A stretch of DNA of 10,249 bases from Methanobacteriota archaeon (GCA_043820925.1 JBDRDL010000017.1:1-10249); one strand, 5' to 3'; numbered from the stretch's first letter, positions 1-7,524 are shown. A program made the numbers and translations. The notes: generated by a model not told the origin, from the sequence alone.

Positions 1-45
1 AATCAGCCTATCCTTGGTCTCGATGAAATCTCTAATGCGCAGCAT
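1..45 (-). CDS. 5' end of a gene running off the window (MLRIRDFIETKDRLI...), resembling the N-terminus of archaeal COG1665-type predicted nucleotidyltransferases
   Basis: The ATG at 45-43 immediately follows the TGA (48-46) of the upstream gene, suggesting translational coupling. The frame is open to the window edge. The 'R-x-R-D-F-I-E-T' start is recognised from memory only, on 15 codons. Confidence 0.5.
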   Translation of the reverse strand, partial: MLRIRDFIETKDRLI

Positions 46-441
46 TCAATCACTTTCTATCTCGCTCAAATGGCGGGACTTCCTTACAGCCTCTGGCGGA
101 ATCTCAATCAGCCTTCCTTTCTCAATCGCATAGTGCTCTACAGCTAAATCTGGAAATAATTCTTTCAAATCCTCCAAAGCGTAGTGAAGCTGCACACAGT
201 GCGGGGAACCATCCATAGTTAGAACTGTTATTTTCCTGACTTTATTTACTCTTACAATACTCGCCAATTTCCAGGCGACTTTATTTACATGCTCCTCTTC
301 CAGGCAGGCGTACAGCTTTGTTTTCTGTCCAAATCTTTTCAGAATCTCTGGATGCTCCTCAGAAATGCACGTACCATAGAGCAGCACATCTTCTGAAATT
401 TTTTTTGAATTCACATTCGTCCTTAACAGCTCGCCTTCCAT
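46..441 (-). CDS. Conserved hypothetical protein, putative Fe-S/metal-binding (131 aa)
   Basis: Three spaced Cys in LLYGTC, LYACLE and ITVLTMDGSPHC resemble the Cys-containing domain found with 4Fe-4S ferredoxin-like proteins. An AT-rich divergent promoter lies at about 445-472. Confidence 0.65.
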   Translation of the reverse strand: MEGELLRTNVNSKKISEDVLLYGTCISEEHPEILKRFGQKTKLYACLEEEHVNKVAWKLASIVRVNKVRKITVLTMDGSPHCVQLHYALEDLKELFPDLAVEHYAIEKGRLIEIPPEAVRKSRHLSEIESD

Positions 442-494
442 GACTAGTATTAAATATCTTTTAAGTAATAAAGATTGCAGTTGGAAGGTGTAGC

Positions 495-1073
495 ATGCGG
501 GTCAGGACTTTTTTCGACGGAAAAGCGAAATATTATGAAAAGACCTTTTCCCTTCCTCTGATAAAGAGGCTGGAGCAGGCTGAAGTAAGGAGAATATTGA
601 GCTTAACCAAAGTAGCCGATAAATCTGTCCTGGACATCGGCTGCGGCTATGGAAAATTTTCAAAGCTATGGAATGAAAGAGGGGCGAAAATAGTGGTCGG
701 CATGGATTTTTCAAAAAAAATGCTGGAGCAGGCAAGGAAAAAGAGTGACTGCTTTTTTTTAATCGGCGACGCATTTAGAATTCCATTTAAAGACAGCAGC
801 TTTGACCTTGTCACCTGCATTGGAGTAGCGAACTACTACGGAAATGTTGAGACGCTTCTGAGAGAGATTTCTAGGGTAAGCAGGAATGAAGTTATTATTA
901 CTTTTCCCAAAAACTCGGTGATGGGAAAGATTTATTCTAAGGTTAGCAAGATACCTATCTTCTTAAGAGAAGAAGATGAAATTGAAGATATTTGCAGCCA
1001 ATATTTTGAGCCTTTTATTAAGGAATGCGCTTCGGGACTAACGTTTGTGGTCTCAAAGAGAAAAATTCCATAA
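495..1073 (+). CDS. Class I SAM-dependent methyltransferase (Methyltransf_11/25-like)
   Basis: Motif I VLDIGCGYG, post-I VVGMDFSKKML, motif II GDAFRIPFKDSSFDLV, motif III LREISRV. The 3' end overlaps the convergent PUA gene by 21 bp. Confidence 0.9.
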   Translation: MRVRTFFDGKAKYYEKTFSLPLIKRLEQAEVRRILSLTKVADKSVLDIGCGYGKFSKLWNERGAKIVVGMDFSKKMLEQARKKSDCFFLIGDAFRIPFKDSSFDLVTCIGVANYYGNVETLLREISRVSRNEVIITFPKNSVMGKIYSKVSKIPIFLREEDEIEDICSQYFEPFIKECASGLTFVVSKRKIP

Positions 1074-1532
1074 CTCGTCTCCGACATGGTGAATAACCTT
1101 AACGCACTTGCCGCTTTTGTTGCTTTTGAATTCTTCACCGCTCCAAAGCGCAATACCAATTGCGAGAGCCTTCTTGTGCGTCTCTTCATTTATCACGACC
1201 AGCTCGCCTTTTTTAATTCCTTCATCAAAGGCAACTACTCCCGGACGCATCACATCCGCACCTTTGGCAATGAATGGTATGGCTCCCTTATCTACCGTAA
1301 CGAATCTTTTGTCCACGTTTATTTTAAGCGCACCTTTCACGGTTGGAAAGTATTCTTCAGCAGGTTTAAAAATTGTTACTTCTCCATTCACCAAAATGAA
1401 GCTGCCTTCGTCGGTATCTACAACTTCTACCCTGGCATCGCTCGGCAATAACTTTACAAACTCTCCTGATAAACCCCTGCGAATCTCCAGCACTAAATCT
1501 TTCCTTGCAAAGTATCTTCCCCTGAGCTTCAT
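1053..1532 (-). CDS. PUA-domain RNA-binding protein (pre-PUA + PUA, MCT-1/Tma20-like)
   Basis: Signature VTVDKGAIPFIAKGADVMRPGVV...GELVVI.EETHKKALAIG...GKCVKVIHHVGDELW. The ATG at 1532 is preferred over TTG 1547 because it lies ~24 nt from the TATA box (leaderless). Confidence 0.92.
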   Translation of the reverse strand: MKLRGRYFARKDLVLEIRRGLSGEFVKLLPSDARVEVVDTDEGSFILVNGEVTIFKPAEEYFPTVKGALKINVDKRFVTVDKGAIPFIAKGADVMRPGVVAFDEGIKKGELVVINEETHKKALAIGIALWSGEEFKSNKSGKCVKVIHHVGDELWNFSL

Positions 1533-1552
1533 TTGAAATAAACTCAACCGAC

Positions 1553-1818
<266 letters not shown>

Positions 1819-1968
1819 CCCTTTTCTTTCTCCTCTTTGGAAAAGAGGAGCAGAAACAGTCTTTGCTACTTTCTTTCAGAAAGTAGAAAGGTCTATCACC
1901 CCAAAAAAGAAACTTGGGTCTCGGCACGAGGAGCACGAAGTGTAAACGAGTGCGACGAAGTGCTGAGA
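1819..1968. repeat. Cluster of palindromic hairpins (REP/MITE-like) in the Lsm-rpl37e spacer
   Basis: Perfect 9-bp stems CTCCTCTTT/AAAGAGGAG (1830-1850) and CTACTTTCT/AGAAAGTAG (1866-1886). Also CCCAA/TTGGG (1900-1918) and TCTCGGCAC/GTGCTGAGA (1919-1968, one G-U). Confidence 0.65.
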
Positions 1969-1980
1969 GGTGGATTGAAA

Positions 1981-2160
1981 ATGTCAAAGGGCACAGCTTC
2001 GATGGGCAAAAGGAATAAAAGGCTGCACATACGCTGCAGGAGATGCGGAAGGAATTCTTATCACGTTTCAAATCACTACTGCGCATCCTGCGGCTTCGGA
2101 AGAACAAAAAAGCTGCGCAGCTATGCGTGGCGAAATAAAAAAAGGACTAGGTTTGCTTAG
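1981..2160 (+). CDS. rpl37e: 50S ribosomal protein L37e
   Basis: [28 protein letters not shown]...CASCGFG...LRSYAW with a C2-C2 zinc finger. SD-like GAGGTGG lies ~7 nt upstream. The true start is ATG 1981, not 1837. Confidence 0.98.
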   Translation: MSKGTASMGKRNKRLHIRCRRCGRNSYHVSNHYCASCGFGRTKKLRSYAWRNKKRTRFA

Positions 2161-2230
2161 GTTTGCCTCCCTTCTTAGGCAATTCCACGTAAAATATGCT
2201 CCCGCCCTCAGGGTTATCCTCAATACGAAA

Positions 2231-2247
2231 CAGAAAAGTTTATATTT
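2231..2247 (+). promoter_or_regulatory. Orphan BRE-TATA promoter motif (CAGAAAAG-TTTATATTT)
   Basis: Good match to archaeal BRE+TATA and similar to other promoters in the window, but no credible + strand gene follows. Confidence 0.45.
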
Positions 2248-2316
2248 AATCCCTGTAAAAACGCAGTGTCGCATTGCCTCGTGGGTTGCTTCGTATTCGC
2301 CTGAGCGCTGACTACT

Positions 2317-2643
2317 TCATCCAACGCTGCGCATTTTCTTTACTTTATTTGATATTTTTTCTAACTGTCTTATGCTTTTTATCCCGAACTGTTTCAAAAT
2401 TATTTTTAATGAAGGATCTCTATCGATCCGCTCTTTTATTCTTCTAAACGGCGATGTGTCTCCCGGGTAAGCCTTTTCCATGCATTCTTGGCAGAATGTT
2501 GTATAAAACTCCCACCAAGAGCGAGATGTTTGCATCCTAGGATGTAAATATATATTCATTATGATGCTTAGAGCCTCTGTATCAAGAGTGAATTTTCTAT
2601 GGCATGAAGGACATTCTCTTTCGGTTTCGTCTATATCGTTCAT
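2317..2643 (-). CDS. Hypothetical protein with CxxC...CxxC zinc-binding motif (108 aa)
   Basis: CPSC and CQEC motifs and a basic C-terminus. A TATA-like ATTTAAATA lies ~25 nt upstream (2667-2675), consistent with a leaderless gene. Confidence 0.6.
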   Translation of the reverse strand: MNDIDETERECPSCHRKFTLDTEALSIIMNIYLHPRMQTSRSWWEFYTTFCQECMEKAYPGDTSPFRRIKERIDRDPSLKIILKQFGIKSIRQLEKISNKVKKMRSVG

Positions 2644-2902
2644 AAGATAAAGGTTAGAAACAGAATATTTAAATATTTTTATCCTAATTAAAAAGCTGTT
2701 TGACTAACCTCTTTCCGAGTTTAGCTTGAGGGTGTCTTCAAGTAGCTTTGGCAAATTTGTCATTTCTCGTAAAATATTAATTTTACCAAGCTTGTGCTTC
2801 TTCAAGTGCTTTAGAACGATATCTGCATCCTGTCTTTCTCGCCTAACACCTCCTCTCCATTTTATTATTGGTTATTTGAAATAATAAAATTTGCCAGCTA
2901 AC

Positions 2903-2997
2903 ATGCGCAAACATCTCGCTGGAAAGATACTTTAGAGCATATAGCTCGGCATGGGATAAGAAGAGATGAATTTGGCATATCTAAATATCAAAATTAG
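2903..2997 (+). pseudogene. Possible frameshifted remnant of a BrnT (DUF497)-family toxin
   Basis: ATG 2903 gives MRKHL. The adjacent frame reads RWKDTLEHIARHGIRRDE (2917-2970), resembling the BrnT N-terminal W-D-x-x-N-x-x-H-I-x-x-H-G-[VI]-x-x-x-E motif. Stop at 2995-2997. Confidence 0.4.
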
Positions 2998-3036
2998 TAT
3001 TCGCCAGTATAAGGGTAAAATCGTAGCATACTAAAC

Positions 3037-3052
3037 ATAAGCTTTATTAAGT
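3037..3052 (+). promoter_or_regulatory. purF promoter (AAGC-TTTATTAA), leaderless transcript likely
   Basis: TATA box ~25 nt upstream of ATG 3075, with no SD sequence. Confidence 0.6.
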
Positions 3053-3074
3053 TAGCTTTGAAAAGTTTAAATTA

Positions 3075-4481
3075 ATGAGGGAAAAATGCGGAGTAATCGG
3101 AGCGTACACAAATTCTAAAAACAATATTTCTCCTTCTATATTTTATGCCCTGTATGCCCTGCAGCACAGGGGACAGGAATCCTGCGGAATCACAACCTAT
3201 GACGGCGAGTTTCATACAGAGAAAGGCATGGGCCTGGTGCCCGAATTTTTCAATTTGAAGAAACTTGAAACTCTCAAAGGAAACATGGGCATAGGACATG
3301 TTAGATATTCAACGACTGGGGAGTCAAGACCTGAGAATGCTCATCCCTTCGTTGTGACGCATTCAAGGGGCGCTCTTGCCATAGGGCACAACGGAAATAT
3401 AGTAAATGCTCTGGAGCTGAGAAAGAGGTTGGAGAGCTGTGGTCAGGCTTTTGTTACCCCCACGACCGACACAGACACGGAGCTAATAGCTCGCCTGCTT
3501 GTTAGCGGATTTGTAAGCTCAGGCAGCATCGTAGCTTCAATTACAGATGTCATGAAAAAGTTGATTGGTTCTTACTCGCTCGTAATTCTCACAGATAACG
3601 AGCTGATTGCAGTTCGAGACCCGCTTGGAATAAGACCTCTGTGTATAGGAAAGAGCGACGATACGACTATAGTCGCCTCTGAAAGCGTTGTATTCGATGT
3701 TTTGGACGTTCAGTTTTTGAGGGATGTGAAACCAGGGGAGATTCTCGTTATAAATGAGAAGGGAATGAAGGGTTACAGACCATTCAAGCTCAGCAGAAGG
3801 GCGCACTGCATGTTTGAGTACGTATACTTCGCCAGACCTGATTCTGTTATAGATGAAATACCTGTGTACAAAGTTAGAGAAAAAATAGGAGCAACTCATG
3901 GAGAAATCGACGACGTGAAGGCTGACTTCGTTTCTCCAATTCCTGATTCTGCGATTCCATTTGCGCTCGGATACTCCAAGGCAACTGGAATTCCTTACAG
4001 AGAAAGTCTGATTAAAAACCGCTATGTGGGTAGGACTTTCATACTTCCTGACCAGCAGGCGAGGGAGCTTGCGGTTAGGCTGAAGCTCAACCCTATGATA
4101 AGCGAGGTTAAGGGCAAGAGAATTGTTTTATTCGACGACAGCATAGTTAGAGGTACTACTTCCAAGAGAATTGCCCACGTCCTAAAAAATGCTGGAGCAA
4201 AAGAGGTGCACATGCGCATAGGTTGCCCCCCAATCAAATCCCTCTGCAAGCTCGGCATAGACATGCCGACAGACAGGGAACTCATAGCGAGTGGTAAGAG
4301 CGTGGAAGCAATAAAAAAATATATTGGAGCAGATTCGTTGAAATATCTAAGCATAGAAGGTTTAATGAAAGCAATAGGACTCACCGAAAATGAGCTGTGC
4401 CTGGGATGCCTTACCGGTGAGTATCCTATAGAAATCGTCAAGCACGAGCAAGTTTTATTACCCTCCTTCATTAAGACTTAG
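3075..4481 (+). CDS. purF: Amidophosphoribosyltransferase (glutamine PRPP amidotransferase), Fe-S type with short propeptide
   Basis: MREK/CGVIG Ntn nucleophile, LQHRGQESCGI, GHVRYSTTG, HNGNIVN, CMFEYVYFARPDS, PRPP loop DDSIVRGTT, and Fe-S cysteines including LCLGCLTGEYP. Confidence 0.99.
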   Translation: MREKCGVIGAYTNSKNNISPSIFYALYALQHRGQESCGITTYDGEFHTEKGMGLVPEFFNLKKLETLKGNMGIGHVRYSTTGESRPENAHPFVVTHSRGALAIGHNGNIVNALELRKRLESCGQAFVTPTTDTDTELIARLLVSGFVSSGSIVASITDVMKKLIGSYSLVILTDNELIAVRDPLGIRPLCIGKSDDTTIVASESVVFDVLDVQFLRDVKPGEILVINEKGMKGYRPFKLSRRAHCMFEYVYFARPDSVIDEIPVYKVREKIGATHGEIDDVKADFVSPIPDSAIPFALGYSKATGIPYRESLIKNRYVGRTFILPDQQARELAVRLKLNPMISEVKGKRIVLFDDSIVRGTTSKRIAHVLKNAGAKEVHMRIGCPPIKSLCKLGIDMPTDRELIASGKSVEAIKKYIGADSLKYLSIEGLMKAIGLTENELCLGCLTGEYPIEIVKHEQVLLPSFIKT

Positions 4482-4490
4482 AGAGTGAGT

Positions 4491-4562
4491 GGGCCCGTAG
4501 CTCAGTGGTAGATCGCCCGCTTGGCATGCGGGAGGCCTCGGGTTCAAATCCCGACGGGTCCA
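4491..4562 (+). tRNA. tRNA-Ala (anticodon GGC), intronless, CCA not encoded
   Basis: Acceptor GGGCCCG/CGGGTCC with the G3-U70 Ala identity pair and A73. Anticodon arm CCCGC-TTGGCAT-GCGGG. T arm TCGGG-TTCAAAT-CCCGA. Confidence 0.97.
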
Positions 4563-4581
4563 TTTCAATCCACTCGTCGCC

Positions 4582-4699
4582 AAGCTTTTCTCACAAGCCT
4601 AATCGAATGGCTCCTCGTGTCTTGACCCACTCTACCACTTGCTCACGCAAGTGGGTCTCGGCACAAGGCATCATTCGGTCTGGCTAAAGAGAAAAGCTT
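4582..4699. mobile_element. 118-bp fold-back (MITE/REP-like) element with 11-bp terminal inverted repeats
   Basis: AAGCTTTTCTC (4582-4592) pairs with GAGAAAAGCTT (4689-4699). These enclose nested pairings AGCC/GGCT, CGAATG/CATTCG and CCTCGTGTCTTGACCCAC/GTGGGTCTCGGCACAAGG, and an apical CCACTTGC/GCAAGTGG hairpin. Mobility is inferred. Confidence 0.55.
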
Positions 4700-4704
4700 A
4701 TTTG
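4689..4704 (+). promoter_or_regulatory. Probable valS promoter (GAGAAAAG-CTTATTTG)
   Basis: Purine-rich BRE plus TATA-like box ~50 nt upstream of ATG 4751, with SD-like GAGAGGT at 4740-4746. A second TATA-like TTTTATA lies at 4711-4717. Confidence 0.45.
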
Positions 4705-4750
4705 ATTGACTTTTATACTAAATTTGGTGACGTAATGGAGAGAGGTTAGA

Positions 4751-7126
4751 ATGCTGAAGGAAAAGAGATGGAGCAAGGAAATCGAGAGGGATATTTACGA
4801 AGAATGGAAGGAGAAGGAAGTTTATAAATTCGAAAAAAACGATAAACCTGTTTATTCTATAGATACTCCCCCCCCTTACGTAAATACGCCAGTACATGTG
4901 GGTCAGGCTACTACTTATGTTCTCATGGATATGTTCGCAAGGTTCAGGAGAACGATAGGATACAACGTTCTATTCCCTTTAGGCCTGGACAGGAATGGTT
5001 TGCCGATAGAAATGGCAGTGGAGCAGAGGTTTGATATCGAGCTAAACGGGGTTTCGAGGGAGGAATTTATAGAAAAGTGCAACATTGTTTTGGAGGAGAG
5101 CAGCCTCGCTTCGACCGAGTCTTTTTTGCGCCTTGGCATAGGATTCAACTCATGGAAGATAGGAACCGGAATCGGCGAGGTTTATCTGACAGACTCCCCA
5201 GACTACCGTGCCCTTACGCAGGAAACCTTCATAGATTTGTGGAATAAGGGGCTCATCTACCAAGATGAAAGGATAAACAACTACTGCCCAGGCTGCAGAA
5301 CAACGATTGCGGATGCCGAGATAGAATATGAAGATTTGCCGACCACATTCAACGACATAATTTTCAGGGTAAAGGAAACTGGAGAAGAGATTATCATAGG
5401 CACAACGAGACCTGAGTTAGTGTGCACCTGCGGAATGGTGATTTTTAATCCAGAGGACGAGCGATACAGGCACTTAGATGGAAAGACCGCAATCACGCCG
5501 ATATTCAAAAGAGAGGTTCCTATAAGGGCCCATCCAATGGCTGATATGGAGAAGGGCACAGGTTTAGCTATGATGTGCTCCGCAGGGGATACAAGCGATA
5601 TAAGATTCTTCAGAGAGATGAACCTCCAGCCGACGATTGCGATAAACGCAGATGGAACTATGAACGAGCATGCCGGCTTTTTGAAAGGACTAAAAGTTGC
5701 TGAAGCGAGGGAGAGAATGATACAGAGACTAAAGGAGGAAGGTCTTCTCGTAAAGCAGAAAAAAATAATGCACCGCACGCCGATTTGCGAGCGAAGCAAG
5801 GATGCAATAGAATTCATAGTAATGCCAGAGTTTTACCTGAAGCAGGTTGAGTTTAAAGATAAAATGAGAGAGCTTGCGGATAAGATGAATTTTTTCGCTC
5901 CGGAATCAAGGCAGATTTTGCTGAACTGGATAGGCTCTATAAGTATCGACTGGCCGATATCGAGGAGAAGGTATTACGCAACTGAAATTCCGCTCTGGTA
6001 CTGCGAGAGCTGCGGAAAGGTCATCCTCCCCCCGAAAGGGAGGTACTATCAGCCTTGGAGAGAAAAGTCTCCAATAAAGCGCTGCCCGAAGTGTGGCGGA
6101 AACGAGTTTAAGGGCGAGGAAAGAGTTTTTGATACATGGTTCGACAGCTCGATAACTCCGCTGTATATATTAAAGTATTCTCGCAATAACGAATTCTTTG
6201 AAAAAAATTCTCCCTGCAGCCTCCGCCCGCAGGGGAAGGAAATAGTCAGGACCTGGCTCTGCTACACGGTCTTGAAGGACTATCTCTTGACAGGCAAGTG
6301 TATTTTTAAAGATGTTTGGATAAATTTCCACATCGTCGATGAGAACGGGCATAAGATGTCTAAGTCAAGAGGAAATGTGATAGACCCGAAAGACATTCTC
6401 GACAAATTTGGAGCAGAGCCTTTCAGACTATGGGCTGCTATCGAGGGCAACCTAGCTAAGACAGATTTCAGGTGCTCATTCGAGAGAATCGAGGGCGCAG
6501 GGAAAACCATAACCAAGCTCGGGAATGTTGCGAGGTTTATTTCAATGTTCTCAAAGGCTGAGGGCAAATTCGAGCTCACCATGCTCGACAAATGGATAAT
6601 CCAAGAAGTCAATGAATTAATAAAATTGGCGAGGCAGAATTATGAGGAATACAATTTCCACACTCCAGCTATTTTAATGAGGCATTTCATCTGGGAAACT
6701 TTTGCTTCGCACTATTTGGAGTTAGTTAAAAACAGGGCGTACAACAGAGAAAAAAACTTCAGCCAAGCCGAGCAGAATGGCGCATTATATGCGCTGCACT
6801 ACTGCTTAGAAGTTATACTCAGGCTGCTGGCTCCAATAATTCCTCTAATGACCTACAAGATATACAAAGAATTGCACAATAAAGATGTGCACTTCTTAGA
6901 ATTTCCAAAAGTTGAAAAAGAGTTTGAGGTCGGTTTCTCTACGAGCGAAATAATTGAGCTCAACAGCCAAATTTGGAAGGCAAAAAAAGAGAGGAGGATG
7001 AGCTTAAAAAACGAGATAGAAGAAGCCACGCTACCTAGAAAATTTAAAGAAATCGGGCAGGACTTGGTCGAAATGCACAGAATCAAGAGGGTTAAATACG
7101 GCGAAAAACTTGATATAGTTTTCTAA
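4751..7126 (+). CDS. valS: Valine--tRNA ligase (archaeal type, 791 aa)
   Basis: YSIDTPPPY, HIGH-equivalent HVGQ, GLDRNGLPIE, editing domain TTRPEL...GTGLAMMCSAGD, DWPISRRRYY, VFDTWFDSS, RPQGKEIVRTW, KMSKSRGN. Confidence 0.97.
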   Translation: MLKEKRWSKEIERDIYEEWKEKEVYKFEKNDKPVYSIDTPPPYVNTPVHVGQATTYVLMDMFARFRRTIGYNVLFPLGLDRNGLPIEMAVEQRFDIELNGVSREEFIEKCNIVLEESSLASTESFLRLGIGFNSWKIGTGIGEVYLTDSPDYRALTQETFIDLWNKGLIYQDERINNYCPGCRTTIADAEIEYEDLPTTFNDIIFRVKETGEEIIIGTTRPELVCTCGMVIFNPEDERYRHLDGKTAITPIFKREVPIRAHPMADMEKGTGLAMMCSAGDTSDIRFFREMNLQPTIAINADGTMNEHAGFLKGLKVAEARERMIQRLKEEGLLVKQKKIMHRTPICERSKDAIEFIVMPEFYLKQVEFKDKMRELADKMNFFAPESRQILLNWIGSISIDWPISRRRYYATEIPLWYCESCGKVILPPKGRYYQPWREKSPIKRCPKCGGNEFKGEERVFDTWFDSSITPLYILKYSRNNEFFEKNSPCSLRPQGKEIVRTWLCYTVLKDYLLTGKCIFKDVWINFHIVDENGHKMSKSRGNVIDPKDILDKFGAEPFRLWAAIEGNLAKTDFRCSFERIEGAGKTITKLGNVARFISMFSKAEGKFELTMLDKWIIQEVNELIKLARQNYEEYNFHTPAILMRHFIWETFASHYLELVKNRAYNREKNFSQAEQNGALYALHYCLEVILRLLAPIIPLMTYKIYKELHNKDVHFLEFPKVEKEFEVGFSTSEIIELNSQIWKAKKERRMSLKNEIEEATLPRKFKEIGQDLVEMHRIKRVKYGEKLDIVF

Positions 7127-7524
7127 GTATATGAGTAAAGCTGCGCATTCTCGCCGATTTTTTCAGCTTTCATTATGTCTTCCAGCGTTATTATTCCAAT
7201 CAACTCTTTGTTTTCAACTACCAGAAGTCTTCTGATAACATGAGCAGCCATTATCCTTGCAGCATCTTTCAAGGTTTTTTCTTTATCTATAGTTTTGAGG
7301 TCTTTGGTCATAATTTCTTTTACAGCTGTATCGCTGCTCTTCTCTTCAGCCACTATTTTATAGGCTATGTCCCTCTCTGTTATTATTCCAACCGGTTTGC
7401 TGCCCTCGGCCACGACAAGGCAGCCTATTCTATTTTTCTTCATAATTCGAGCCGCCTCTGCCATCGTAGCGGAAGGGCTTATCGTCTTTACGTTCTTGGT
7501 CATTGCATCCTTAACTTTTTTCAT
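7123..7524 (-). CDS. CBS-domain (Bateman pair) protein
   Basis: VKDAMTKNVKTI...IGCLVV...GIITERDI and VKEIMTK...IRRLLVV...GIITLEDI. ATG 7524 is preferred over GTG 7539 because a TATA-like AAATATAA (7555-7548) lies 24 nt upstream. The stop overlaps the valS stop. Confidence 0.95.
   Translation of the reverse strand: MKKVKDAMTKNVKTISPSATMAEAARIMKKNRIGCLVVAEGSKPVGIITERDIAYKIVAEEKSSDTAVKEIMTKDLKTIDKEKTLKDAARIMAAHVIRRLLVVENKELIGIITLEDIMKAEKIGENAQLYSYT

Noticed and set aside
1086..1536. + strand ORFs 1086-1451 and 1108-1536, and similar antisense or overlapping ORFs within purF, valS, CBS, wHTH and recombinase genes
   Set aside because: Shadow frames of well-supported genes with no recognisable motifs.
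1837..1980. 48-aa N-terminal extension of L37e in the ORF track
   Set aside because: L37e homology starts at MSKGT (1981), which has its own SD. The extension starts at TTG and runs through palindromic repeats.
2704..2871. Minus-strand open frame PIIKWRGGVRRERQDADIVLKHLKKHKLGKINILREMTNLPKLLEDTLKLNSERG*
   Set aside because: Protein-like, but it has no suitable start and I recognise no family. It may be gene debris but cannot be supported.
4505..4687. 60-aa ORF
   Set aside because: Overlaps the tRNA-Ala gene and the fold-back element, so it is spurious.
4735..4749. Mini uORF ATG GAG AGA GGT TAG (MERG*) just before valS, preceded by GGTGA
   Set aside because: It contains no Val codons, so it is not an attenuator-type leader, and it is easily explained by the purine-rich SD region.
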